DNA of 62,674 nt, filler included, from Choristocarpus tenellus KU-1152 (lineage: Eukaryota > Protista > Phaeophyceae), in assembly GCA_964200185.2 (NCBI GenBank). It is 8 parts of 8 records of this genome, joined end to end, with 100 filler letters (N's around TTAATTAATTAA, not from the genome) between each part and the next. Parts side by side here need not be neighbours in the genome. Positions count along the whole stretch, not along the records: positions 35,229 to 41,685 come from CAXNAD020008103.1; positions 41,786 to 46,678 come from CAXNAD020012640.1; positions 46,779 to 57,085 come from CAXNAD020002999.1; 5 more parts are not named here. The stretch is one strand, 5' to 3'. The translations under genes were made by a program, and so were the position numbers. Shown here piece after piece: positions 37,748 through 50,289 of this stretch; position 1 is the stretch's first letter; each line of letters starts with the position of its first letter. Under the pieces are notes generated by a model. That model did no database searches and had not been told where the DNA came from. It was given only the letters and a program-made list of their open reading frames with translations.

Positions 37748-39585
37748 CTGCTGGGAGCCCACAAAGTAGACCTTTACACGAGTGTTGTTCTGAATAGGAG
37801 GATACTACAAAAAATGTTCAAACGACAAAAAGTTGGTGTCATGGTGTGCGTTGTACGACGATGGACAACACACGACCCAACTAATGCCAGCAACACTGAT
37901 AATGTAGTATTAGTAGTATTATAATAATTCACACCAATCACAAAAAAGTTACGATGCATATTTGTATTATGTAAAATAATGCACTACCAACCATGACGAT
38001 GCGTACATTCGCTAAAAAATATCCTCCCACATAACGAATCAGATTAGGTGTTGGTCACAATAGAGTTCCTCACGAATTAGTTAGTTGGACCACTTGTCAA
38101 TATCATAAATCAATATCCGTCAAGTACATAATTGTAGGCGGGGTCAAACGGAGAGGCAATCCATAGGTGACTGTACTGATCTGGCGAGCATAGCGACTTC
38201 CAATGTATATAACCAGAGTACAACACGCTGACACACCTCTCTACAAAATAATCCAACTTCACCATCACCCCCCACTACTTAGGGGACAACTTTCTTTGTA
38301 ACGAGTGTCCCCGTCACTGACGGACTGTTGCAATGAATGAATGACTCGTCTCTCTAAAAACATACTGCTCTTCAAATTTCTTTGCGAACTTGGTACGAAA
38401 TTATAGTATTTTGGAGGCTCTAAAAAATTAGCTTCTGAGACTGATTGTCGTTACGCCAACTCACTATTTTGTGTTCTGGATTATTCCTCCTGACATTTTA
38501 TAGGGAAGAGGGGGATGCCATCACCTAGTAGTAGGATCAAGAAGAAACATACTGTAGGTAAAGAAAACAACACAACAGCAACAACAACACCAGGAGAGTT
38601 CCACTTACTATCAAATCGCAACCAAGAAAAATGTGGAGAACAGGGTTCAACTGTCCGTCATTATCATGCTATTCATCATCGTACTATCTATACCGTTGTA
38701 CCCTCCCTGTTGAGCATCACCTTGTGGGAGTCTCAATTACCAATAATAATTAATAGTATCTGCCGCTACCTTTCTAGAATAGTATTCATTGTAGATTACG
38801 AATGAACGAATATAGGTCTCTGCCTACTACCTAGACAATTTTACCTAGGTAGTCTACGTAGGACTCAACATCTGTATCTGATTCAAAAACACAATAACCT
38901 AATCTTTCAACTTCCACCTTCAACCCCTTCATTTAGTACCGAGTTTCTTCCCTCCTTCCTTCGACGCCAAAAATAATAGGGAAGTAATTTTTCTTAGAAT
39001 TTGGAAGTCAGTGGTGGGTGTTGAGTGGCAGATGAGATCGAATATGCTTTGGAGTAGGCTGAGAAAAGGATATATACTAGTAGTATATATTTTTAACACC
39101 CCTCGAAGTCAAAAGTCAACTACTTCTCGTCCCTGTTTTGATAGGCAACATTCATTGCTTCCTCTGTAAAAACAGATCGAAACAAAAGTTGAGCCTTTTG
39201 CATAATCAGCAGACATTACATCCATTCATTCTTCGAAACATATACTTGAGTTAATTATATTCAACTCTTCTTGTTCCCTCTCACCATTACAACAACGTCA
39301 ATCTCCAAAACGCCGAAGGACGCAACGCATCATAACAAAATGCCCTCACTTGAACAAGATGTATGTGTAGAATTATACGTCTTAATATTACCCAAAGTAT
39401 TATTATTTTTAGTAGGTAGAACTAGTGACTAGTGCAAAGGACATTACCACTACAAGAAATAACGATTCATAAGCAGTAGCTAAATTGACACGTCGACCAC
39501 CCAGTACAATGAGATTCTTCCTTGTGCGTGGTGGTAAATATGCAACTAATATAATTGTATTTGGAGAGGCATCTGTTTCTTTTTT

Positions 39586-39854
39586 GAGTGAAAGTATCTT
39601 AGAGGGTACACATTTGGCCCAGTTTGTCCATTTGGGGCTTGGTTTCCCACGGGTATATAAATTCATTTTTCCTACTCCAAAATGTTTCGGAGTAGGTATA
39701 ATGTGTATGTTATGAAAAGGGGTGTCCGGAACAAGGATATTGACATCTCCTAGCAAAAATGTAGTCAAAATTACATCAAAATTACATCAAAACTCCAACA
39801 TTGGATTTTGGTCCCCAAATGGACACAGCTCTACCCTCTGAGATAGTTTGATTC
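39586..39854 (+). mobile_element. Non-autonomous DNA transposon (MITE), Sola-like
   Basis: TIRs gagtgaaagtatcttagagggta / taccctctgagatagtttgattc; flanks tttt/ttta; homologous throughout to 40595-40852. Confidence 0.85.
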
Positions 39855-40594
39855 TTTAAATTATGCTACGACTACAACTAACTACTTTGTGAGCAAGAAA
39901 ATCATTATTGGAAGTACATGTTTTCTTCTTTCCCCCTCCAACGCAACATCTGCAAAACGACAAGCAGTGGGGATACAAACAAAATGAAAAAATGAACCTT
40001 GACGTATAATATTCAGATAGGTATGAGGGGAGACCTTGCTTTGAGCCGAAGCAATTGAAAAGTAGTAAGGTTTGGACCCTTTTTGCAATTTATGTCATCG
40101 TCCTTATCCTGTGCAATACATTCTATTTCATTAGTTTATGTGTAGAATATTGCACGCAAAATTGATATTCCCCCTATTATCCACACACCAAGTGACACTT
40201 CAATTAAGCAAAGGTTCTTTCTGCAATTGTACAAAATGACGTATTTTTGCCCTTTCTCGCCTACCTGTCAATTGGTTTGACTCTTTTTCAGCAATACCTT
40301 CTCTTTATACCTCGAAGTATTATTGGTAATTCGTGCTAATAGTACCGGAGTATTAATATATACCTACTGACGTTTTTTCCAGATAAATGTGCTGTCTCGC
40401 GAGAGGAACAAGAAGAAAGGTACAGGGTGGATAATACAACGAACACAACAAACAACAGAGCCAATCAGAAGGCAACAGACCAGAGCATGTCACCTTGTCG
40501 TCCATCCTTCGACCTGAGTGCCATCCTGGGCGAAATTAATTACCTACACCCCACCCAATAAATGATACTATCTAGTATATATCTTTATCATTAT

Positions 40595-40852
40595 GAGTGA
40601 AAGTATCTTAGAGGGTACGAGTTTTACCCTGTTTGTCCATTTGGGGCTTGGCTTCTCACGGGTTTTTAACAACATTTATCTACTCCAAAATGTTTCGGAG
40701 TAGGCAAAATATGTAAGTTATGAAAAGGAGTGTCCAGAACAAGGATATTAACATCTCCTAACAAACATGATAGTCAAAATAACACCAAAATTGCAAAATT
40801 GGATTTTGGTTCTCAAATGGACGCGGCTCTACCCTCTAAGATAATTTCACTC
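40595..40852 (+). mobile_element. Non-autonomous DNA transposon (MITE), Sola-like, intact ends
   Basis: 23-bp TIRs with 1 mismatch (gagtgaaagtatcttagagggta / taccctctaagataatttcactc) and a perfect 4-bp TSD TTAT on both sides. Confidence 0.92.
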
Positions 40853-41019
40853 TTATGCCCTCTCACATTTTGCAGATGATGTGTCAGGGGGGAAACCAAT
40901 GAAAACTATTCACTTGTCAGTAAAAGCTCTAAAGAAATAAAATGTGCAAGACACTAATCCATTTGTTACTTCACCGCCATCTACATGTGTACTACTGCCT
41001 TCCTGTGTCTCCAATCTAC

Positions 41020-41685
41020 CTATACCTGTACGCCAGGGTGAGGAGCTTGGGAGGCATCCCAAGAATCCAATAAACCCCTCCGTGCCCATCCCCCTGGAGA
41101 TTCCAGCTTTAAACGCATGACACGTCTAGACATTGCCACTTGCGTAGTTAACAAGAAAATTTGGCGTAGTCGGGATTTAAATACTCCTTTCCTGCTATAT
41201 CCTCCTGCTCCTCTCCCCCCTACCATGTGTGTAGCCAGCTCATCCAGGAAGCACTCCGCTTGCTTGATGAGGCACCCAAAATTTTCCATCGCAAAGGTGT
41301 TGAGGTCATAACTACGAGGATCAAAAGAGTCCTCGTAGTGGGTGAGCTTTTGCGCCTCGGCTGCAGCAGCAGCTACACCATTGCTGGTGGATGAGTGGGT
41401 GAGGTGGGAGGGCACCTGTACCTCTGCGAATGTGACATGAAGAAGAAGGTCTTTGTCCCTGTAGGAGGCTGTTCCGGCGTCTGCTAGTGCTCCTGCATGG
41501 AACACTAGACCCATGCGCAGATTCCTGTCAATTGTGAAAGGGCTGCCGTCCTCCATAGTGCATTGGATGCCCATACCCTTGCATAGTTGGTGCAGGCGTT
41601 TCACCATTGGAGTGTGCTGTCTTACCTGTCCCCCTGCCCTAGGGAAGGTACGGGCATGTCTGGTATTAACATTTTGCCTCCTACA
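41020..41685 (-). mobile_element. 3' end of a CRE-like non-LTR retrotransposon (zinc knuckle plus restriction-like endonuclease), degenerate
   Basis: Open frame from the gap: C....TRHARTFPRAGGQVRQH..EDGSPF..RNLRMGLV..LLLHVTFAEVQ..AEAQKLTHY..SFDPRSY.L.TFAMENFG..TTQVAMSRRV, the layout of RLE-type LINE C-termini in brown algae. Confidence 0.8.
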
Positions 41686-41785
41686 NNNNNNNNNNNNNNN
41701 NNNNNNNNNNNNNNNNNNNNNNNNNNNNNTTAATTAATTAANNNNNNNNNNNNNNNNNNNNNNNNNNNNNNNNNNNNNNNNNNNN

Positions 41786-41969
41786 CTATCGTGTTTGTTA
41801 GGAAGTGTCAATATTTATGTTTCGGACACACCTTTCATAGCGTATACATTTTTTACCTACTCCGAAACATTTTGGAGTCGGAAAATGTCATTAAAAAAAA
41901 ACATGGGAAGCCAAGCCCCACAAATGGACAACCAGGGAAAACATCGTACCCTCTAAGATAGTTTCACTC
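41786..41969 (-). mobile_element. Partial copy of the Sola-like MITE, inverted, truncated by the gap
   Basis: Reverse-complement similarity to 40595-40775; ends taccctctaagatagtttcactc. Confidence 0.85.
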
Positions 41970-42191
41970 GTGACCATACCGAGAAGGACATGTAGGAGGC
42001 ACCCACTGTATTACACCTATGTGGTCCCTCCATTCGTATCAGAGTTTATCTCTGTATACAGGAGCCATTGCAAGAACAACACCCATGCCACACCTCGAAC
42101 ATGTTTCAATTTTGAATGGCTTGGGGGACAATTACAAGGAAGGCAAAGGGTGTGACTTGATTTTTTTTTGTAGATTTGGCTCAGGCCTCAC

Positions 42192-43912
42192 CCTGGTTTC
42201 AGCCATGAGGAGGCTCCAGGTCACTACAGCGGTGAAGATGCCCACAGCTGTGGCAATGATCGCCCACATGTGACGGTTTGTCACACCCTTCTTGCTGATG
42301 GTTTCCCACCATGTGTCTGTCAGCTCAGTGCCCTGCGGAACCTGTTCATTTCATGGGTTGTGTCTGAGTTGGGATAGGCTGGGTGGCACAGCTGGTGAAT
42401 GCGGGGCTATATTCCGACTGACTCTAGTCAGGTGTGGTGACGATGAGATGGTTCATTTCAGTCTTTTGTTCATTATTGCTTGTTGATGATTCTCACCTAC
42501 TTGTTTCCATGGCAACCACTGGCCTTCATTATATCCAGATCATCCCTCCACAGTAATGTTACAGACCCAAGCCAAACCTTCTGAGCAAGTAGTGCCCCTT
42601 GTTGATTGTTGTACTCCAACTGTGTACAGGTTGTTTGTTCTGCCTCCTACTAGTACAAGCATGCTAGCTGAGATCTCACCTTTTTTCTTGGTGGTTCGTG
42701 TGCTGAGATTGTGACCGGAATGGGGATCTTTCTCAGCTGGTCACGGATCTTTGTCATGGTGCTTACCAACGCTCTTTGAACTTTGCTGCTCTGGGCGATG
42801 GAACGAATCCTTTTGAATAGATCTCTCACCCTTCCCCTTACCATGTCCCAAAATCTGCTGCATAGGTTTTGGGGCTTACTGTCTTCTCTGCCTTCCTCCT
42901 TTTCCCTGTTGTAGATATCAAGAAAGAGGACTAGTGTTTTAGAGCCTGTCATTCTGAATGATGCTGCTGTGTTTCTCCATGATATGGAGTCAAACTAGCT
43001 GATAGGTAGGCTGGGCTGCATTTCAAGGATGCCGAGAAAGGGTCAAATGTGTAATTTTCTACATTTGCAGAAAGAACCTTTGCTGAATCGTGGGGTATCA
43101 CTTTGTGTGTGGAGAGGGGAGGATATCAATTTTGCATACATTATTGTTTGTGCACATAAAGCAATGAAATAGAGTGCATTGCACAGGGTAAGAAAGGTGG
43201 CTTGGAATGCCAAAGGAATATAACCCTGCCTACCTCTCAATCCGTTTGGCTTGTAAAAGTCAAAACGTGCTTGAACCAGCATCAAAATGACAAAGCAAGC
43301 GAGACACATCTGTTCCCTCAAGACCTTGTGCTTGTATATTTTTTGAGAACATATGTACGAGGGAGGAGATTATTTGTTCTGTCCACCCACACATCTATTA
43401 CCAGGGTTGAAGAAAAATCGTCAGATTTATAGTTCAGAGTTCAAGGTCCTCGTTGGCATTTTCAAGTAGGGAGGAACATCAAGAAGCAATCCCTTGCCGC
43501 TGTTACGTAATGCACATATATTCCTTTTTTTCATATCTTTTGACAGAAATCAAGCTCTCTCAGGATCGAGCATATTTTTGTTGGGGATAGCAGCAACACA
43601 GATGGTGACAAACCCGCCAAAATCCACTTCGTGGTCAGACAGATCGTGGTCCGAGATTGGGGTGACAAAGTGGCAAACTAAACAGCTTTACACAGTTGGG
43701 CGATTTAGAAAGGTTTATTCTCACCGGGTACTGGGATATACCCGTTGCTTATCCTTGACGGGAAGCTGCCCGTGAGGCTGCCGCAGGGATTTGTTTTTGG
43801 GGCTTTTGTTCCATTTTGCGAGAGGAACTTTTACGGTTGTTGCTCGTTGCGGAGCACATGCCACCAAGAAGATCAATCCCGCCAGAGCCACGGCTTGGCG
43901 CCAAGGCGCCAT
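42192..43912 (-). CDS. Hypothetical protein with signal peptide and a transmembrane helix (5' exons)
   Basis: Phase-compatible exons 43912-43725 (MAPWRQAVALAGLIFLVACA...), 42905-42680, 42341-42192 (..MWAIIATAVGIFTAVVTWSLLM..), all with GTGAG donors. Further exons are possible. Confidence 0.5.
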
Positions 43913-45489
43913 GTCGTACCTTTTGAAGGACCTCCCCTGAGATAACAAGAGGGAGAAACGAGAAGAGGCTGAATTGTTTAAGAATATTTCTTTAGTCGTG
44001 GAGAGATGGTTTGCGAGCAAGAAGTTTTCTACCCCAAAATACTCTCTTCGAAAGTGAACACGGCAGTAGGCAATGGATGATGGATGATGCGAAGTCAAGT
44101 GACCACCCACAAATCGTAAGGAGGCTCGTGTAGTTTTGACGATTGCTTTTATTGGGCCTATGTCATTCGTTAAACTCTTTCAGTTTCTCTACGAATTTCC
44201 AATTAATTGCATGAGTCGGGGCGAGCTCCCTAATGTGTGCTGGGGTTGCTCCTGGACACAGGTCTTTGTCCTGAGATGGTCATCTCCCTACAACACTCAA
44301 CCCTCTTGTGGGCTTGAACATCTTACGAAGGAAAAATGATATATTTTAAGTATACAGCACGACTGGAGTATGCCGTCTGTCTATCCCAGGAGTTTCTACT
44401 TGTGGCTTGACAATGACACTAGAGCTATCAACCCGGATACATAGGATGATTCCAAGTACTCACCAGGAAAGCTGAGTTTGTAGAATTCTGGACACCGAGT
44501 CAGGAACGTTGCCTATTAGAAACGGACTCTGTGGGAGAGGAGTTTCGATGGATGCTGGATACGTTCTGATGAGGCTGTGCCGATTAATATGAGTTTTGTC
44601 CCTTGGACTAATGTCAGGTATTTGCGAGTCTATCTTTTTTTCGTTTCGTCTACTCGGGAAGACATGTGATTGAAACGTGAAACGCGCCTTTCTTTTGCGA
44701 TTCGACAGAATTCCTTAATTCAACAAAAACATCTTCGATCTTTCGATTGGTTTGGTCTCTCTCCACTCTCCTCCGAAACATTCAACCGAGAGGGTTTCGT
44801 TTCGCGTTTTGGTTTTCGCTTTGTAGAAACTCTCCGAATGGAAGGTGAATAAAAAATGGGCGAAGTCATCTAGAGTTCCTTACATAGCATAAGCCTATTG
44901 AGAGGTGGTTGGGGGCGTCTGCCGTCCTCTTGCTGAGATTTGTGGGAGTGGAGTGGAACGGATGAAGGAGCCGGCCTGTGATATCCCGGTCTCTAATTGT
45001 GTGGTGAAGAGACACCCAAGATATCTCCTTCCATCCTGGACAGGGTTGCACAGAAGTGAGTAGAAGATACGGACGACAGGGAATAAACCTGCGGGGAAAT
45101 GTGCAAATTGCCTATTCCTCGCGCAAGAGTGGGCCATTGGATTGTAATCCCTTCTCGGGCAGATGGTTTCCCACAAACGCGCTGTGTAGGTGTTCGTTTT
45201 CGTGGGTGAGCGATTGAGGTCCAGGAAGAAATGCAGACGGTGTCGGAAGGAAATGGTGACATTGGCTGCTGGACAGATCCAGGCAAGGTGTTTGAACCCT
45301 CGTGTACATAAAGCCAGGGTGTCGTATGTCGTTGGTTCGTAACCGAAGAGATTTGATTTATTGTATTTGGTTGGGTGTTCGGTGCGTATTCATTCCCTTG
45401 ACATGTGATGGAGACATGATTATATGTATGCAGAGAGATATCATATAGCCACTACCTTACTGAAGCACATCGTCCTCTGGGGTCTGCAG

Positions 45490-45924
45490 GTAGTTTCCAC
45501 GATATTGATGGGGTCCGCCCACAGAGCTGCCGTACGCCACACATTCTTTCCAGGGCAGGTCACAATTTTGAAGCCGCCTGATGCGGTGAGAGGGGTGGCG
45601 GAACATAAATGTGCCAATGTGACACGTATGTTCTGGCGTGATCTTGATGAAAGAGTCGAGGAAGTATATGCTGTGGACGCTCCTATTAGCCATTTGCTTT
45701 CGCGAGATGCATATTCATCGAACCTGTGGGATCGTGTTCTATCCCACATCCAGCATACTGCGGTGTTGGAGTGGTTGAGGATGCAAATGACGGTCGTTGG
45801 TCGGTGGAAAGATGGACATAGTGGCAATGAATCCCTCTTGCCAAGTCGGTTGGAAAACAAGCCCTGTGGAAGATACCATGCGCCGAAACCCCTTCGAGTC
45901 GATACGCTTGTCTGTCATGAATAA
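45490..45924 (+). CDS. Possible exon of an unidentified gene or element
   Basis: CTGCAG acceptor followed by ~144 open codons; no recognisable motif. Confidence 0.25.
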   Translation, partial: VVSTILMGSAHRAAVRHTFFPGQVTILKPPDAVRGVAEHKCANVTRMFWRDLDERVEEVYAVDAPISHLLSRDAYSSNLWDRVLSHIQHTAVLEWLRMQMTVVGRWKDGHSGNESLLPSRLENKPCGRYHAPKPLRVDTLVCHE

Positions 45925-46935
45925 GAGTCTTCACCCCACTCGATAACCTGGAGGGCTGAATAACTCTGCCCTTGTCATACTCTTTTCGCTTAAATGATCA
46001 TCCGTATGCTTCCAGCACTAGGTCTACATATTAGTACGCATTGAATCCTATCCAATCACGCCAATCTCTTACTATATCCCTAGACATATTGCTCGTTGCT
46101 GAGCGCAATAAATTGAGTGAACCCTAGTCAATTTTGCAACCGCCATCACACACTGCAATGTGTCTGCAACCTTATTCAGTGCTCCCAGGCCCGTGACAAG
46201 GGGAAGTTGGAGGACTGGGAGTGGAGCGAGAAAGTCTTTTCCTGCCTCATACCCTTCTTTGGGTAAGGAAGGGGGCCTACCACGAGTGGCTGTATCCCTT
46301 TCTCCTCAATTCTAGCAACAAGTAGGTCCTATGCGGTTAGTTCTGCACTGCAATCAAACGACATAAATGTCAGAGGAAAGAGAAGTTCAATCCACCAGTA
46401 TAATGTGCAGTACTTACTTTACCAACTCTCTTTGCGGAGGTGAAGGAGTAGCAAGTCGGTTTTACGGATTGGTCAGTTGCAGGTTTCACACCAACGGTAC
46501 CTTGATTTTGGTTCTAGTGTGCAGGTGTTTATTTTGTATTTAGGCAGGAATGATAGGTAATACTTGCTTGTGTGGTGGGATTTCCAGCATGTGATACTGC
46601 ATTTGTGCCATTTATTAAACAATTTGAGCGTGCCTATGAATAGGTGCTCATATTCCGTGGTATGCCCCCCCCCCCCCCNNNNNNNNNNNNNNNNNNNNNN
46701 NNNNNNNNNNNNNNNNNNNNNNTTAATTAATTAANNNNNNNNNNNNNNNNNNNNNNNNNNNNNNNNNNNNNNNNNNNNCACTACTCTGCATTCTCTACCA
46801 CCTCGGGAAAGCAGGAAGAGAGCGGCAAGTCCATCACCAGGTGGTACAGTGACAAAGTCTGTGGGGAAGCCTGGTCACGGCAGGCAAAGGGAGAACCAGG
46901 GTGGCTGCCCGAAGAGAAGATAGGGGAGGAGAGCA

Positions 46936-47791
46936 GTGCGACTGCGTGCCATTGTGCTCAGGAAACGCCTAAGCGAACACTCGGTTGTAGAATACCTTAG
47001 TAGTCGACAGTTGCAGCAGGCCCTGACTGTCTGGAAGCTGTGCGAGCCAGAGTGGCTTAAGGAAACGAGAAAGAAGGTGTCAGGGTTGGGCTACAAGGGC
47101 TCTGAAACCCAAAAGAAGGTCGAAAGGGCTCGCAAGGTGGAGGAGAAAGCGATTTTAACAAAGGCAGCTATGGAGACTTTTCGATACCACCAAATCCTTT
47201 ACTTAGAAGAGGTCGGGAAGCAGGTGGAGGTAGCCGTTGACGTGGACACCAGGGAAGAAGAGGTTAGATTGAGACTATTTGCACACCGATAGTTTGGTGT
47301 CTCCCACTTCTTGCAAGATGCTGTACATTCACTTTTGTTCCTGGACTTAGGGTTGGACATATAAAGTTGATTAAGGCTTTCTCCCCACCTGCATTCATTC
47401 GAGAAATCAACACAATTTTCGATCGATTCAAGTCTGTCCTCCCTTGCCCTTGTGCCTTGATAAAATATCACCCATTCAGGAAACACGGATGACGCCCATT
47501 TCCAGCGCTCAACGAGGATATGTGATGGTAAAGGCTCAAACACTGCAAATCCTATATGTGTGTATGAACGATGGAAAAGACCGTCAAACGGCGCTTGAGA
47601 TGGCAGCAGGATATGCGATGGTCAGGTCGGAAACTGTGAGTACATGGGAGAGAGACTTACTAATTAAGGACCACATCAAGGTGTCGGAGCAAGGGCACAA
47701 CGAGAGGCGTTTCGTTCTGGGCACCGACGAGGACATCCTTGCCGAGGTCAAAGAGTGGGTGCACGAACACACAGGAAGAAAGGGTGGGTAG
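46936..47791 (+). mobile_element. Possible decayed DDE (IS630/Tc1/mariner-like) transposase N-terminal region
   Basis: Two broken ORFs; the second has TVSTWERD..SEQGHN....LGTDEDILAEVKEWVHEH..KG, similar to the HTH-adjacent segment of eukaryotic DDE transposases. No catalytic domain seen. Confidence 0.33.
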
Positions 47792-48573
47792 ACTTTTTTC
47801 TCGTCTAAGCCCTATACTTTAATCAAGTAATAGTGCTTTGTTGCCGCTCTTGGTGACCTTCAATCCCGGGTTCGAAACCCAATATGAGCGCTCGTTCTTC
47901 AAAAATAGAAAAAAATGTCGAAAAAACGAAGCCCGTAGTCTGGAGGGCCTTGTGACGAGCATCACGAATATGCTTTTATTTTTTTAATCCGATTTCTACA
48001 TCAAAAGTTGTGACGGGACAACCCGAAAGGGCGAAGGTACTAGTTAGTACCAAATAGCAGAGCACGGGGTGATAGATAAGACTTTCCGATAGTGAATTTC
48101 ATTTTGTGTAAACACTCTACTACTGTAATAGATTTTTAGTATCTACAACACTAATTTGAAATTTAGGATGCAATTATTCAAGAAGAGTCAAAATATAAAA
48201 TAGAAGGCATGACCATGATATTACCTCAACAAATGTAGATACAATGTTCTAAAACGGCCAAGTCCATCACCATCACTTACTCAACATTCAACATGACCAC
48301 CCCCCTCATCAGGTATGTGTAACCAAGTTCGAACATAATGAGTGTATGGCCACTGATCGTTTCAACATGGCCAACGCATAGACCAACCCAATATCATATG
48401 ATCAACAGTGTACATCCTAACTGTTGGCCCAATGAAAAACCCTGCAAAACTGTGGTCATTGTGGATCCTTTTTTTTGTTCTATTTTGAAAGAAGATTTCG
48501 TTCATCTTTATTTGTTATAAGCAACCAACTTGGAAGTGACATAGGGTTCTTTAGAATATAATAATACTACTCA

Positions 48574-48900
48574 TGTCTTGAGGCAGGGTCCAATCAGTCG
48601 TGGGGGGTATTCAGAATCACCAGGTGTGTCATGCTGGGGTGCTTCCAGCTAAAACCCAAAGCTCTCTCAGCCATCAAATCTTAGGAGAAATTTGAAGAGA
48701 ATCCCAGATCCACCAGATGATGTCACATCTTGGTGATCGTCGACGGTAAGAGGTCTGAGAATTCTCAAGAGTTCTCTTTGTTTGATGTTGGTGGGAACGT
48801 CACCAATGACAAAGAAATGCGCGCGCAATGCACTTGCGTGTGTGTGCAGATGTGTACCTGGACTGAGATCAGCTCCCAAAGGGACCTGTCCGTCACATCA
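48574..48900 (-). repeat. 3' LTR of the Gypsy element
   Basis: TG...CA, direct repeat of 55913-56229; the end could be 48897. Confidence 0.93.
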
Positions 48901-48911
48901 CCCACCCCCCC
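48901..48911 (-). other. Polypurine tract (PPT)
   Basis: gggggggtggg on the minus strand, immediately before the 3' LTR. Confidence 0.8.
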
Positions 48912-50289
48912 AGTGTAAACTCTGTCTGCACACGAGAAAAAAAAAAGTGCTTGACAGTCCCGTGGGAGAAAAGAAAAAGAATCATCTGGGTATCCCAACA
49001 ATGTTCATGTAGCCAATTTGGAGGAGTTCCTTGAAAGAGTGTCCTCAACAGGGTAGGAACCCCAAAGTTGTTAGTGATGGAAAACATCATATTGTACGTT
49101 TAATTACTCAAGGGTTATGAAGATAACATACCAGGAAATTTGGTACCAAAGTGCTTGGGTCATTGTGTTGATCAAGCTACAATGCCTCAGCTAGTGTAAC
49201 TGTGAATGGAAAACTATTGTCGCTATTCTTGGTTGTAGGTTGCGCTAGGTCATAACAGATGTCTCAAGAGCAACTCTACTGAGGTGGAGGTTTTTTTTTT
49301 AAGGAATTGGATCAGTGATTACCTTCGTGGGTGGATCATTACCTTGAATTATTACCTTGCGTCCCTGAAAACAAAAGGTTAAATATCCTGTATGTGTCAG
49401 GAAAGGATTGTCCACTTCCATTCTGAGGAATCTGTATACTATCTAATCCTTTTGATTTGGACGTGAAAACTCGATTTCTCACCTTCAAGTGTTATTGTTA
49501 ATATCCCTTATACCGGAGTTCTGGAGTGATGAGGTCCAGTTTTCTTCCAGTTCCAATCTTTTGGATTATGTGGAGCAGAAACCGTGTGCCCGCCCACGAG
49601 GAACACGGTCACCTACCACCGAGTGAGCTCAAAAAAAAATCTTATTTGCTGAAGGGGCAAACCATTGAGAGGGCCGAGGGATCCCAACGATTTCCTGCTT
49701 TACATGAAGGATTAAAATCTATCCATGACCATCCCTAGTATTCACATCAATTACTCTTCTTGCGGATATGGTGAAAGCAAGTTTGGAGATGAAAAAAGAG
49801 GTGCATGGGGATCTTCTTCTTCCATTCGAAACTCGACAAGAAAGGGATAAAGCCCCGACCACCCCATTTATGTATGGACCCATCAAAATATCCATTTGAG
49901 TGTGGTTCACAAATGTGTGTGCACTTGGTAAGGAAAAAATGTCAACTTAGCTGGTAAATCATCCACGAGTTCGCCTTGACAAAGGATTCAAACCTTCATC
50001 TCTACCTCTTATAGTGAAATCTGATGTTGTATCAGACCGGCAACCCACTTTGTGAGTAGTAGATGTAGCCACAGGGACATCACCTTGAGGGTTCGAAGCA
50101 AGAGCATGTTGAATGCTCTCGACAACAATGGTGGCAATTGATTGGGCCAGGTGTGTTTGTGAAGAGTGTGATGGTCCTTCGGCTATTGCAGCAGAGGGTG
50201 GTGGAGAAGATTGAAAAGACTCTGGCGTCAGTACACCTTGGTCACAGGCAGCTTTTGAAGACTTTAGGGTCAGTACACCTTGGCCAGGA

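Noticed and set aside
44480-45300. Coding-like stretches on the + strand
   Set aside because: Stops in all frames between plausible splice sites; no gene model could be built.
47860-47892. B-box/T-arm-like cccgggttcgaaaccc
   Set aside because: No convincing cloverleaf or A-box; at most a SINE remnant.
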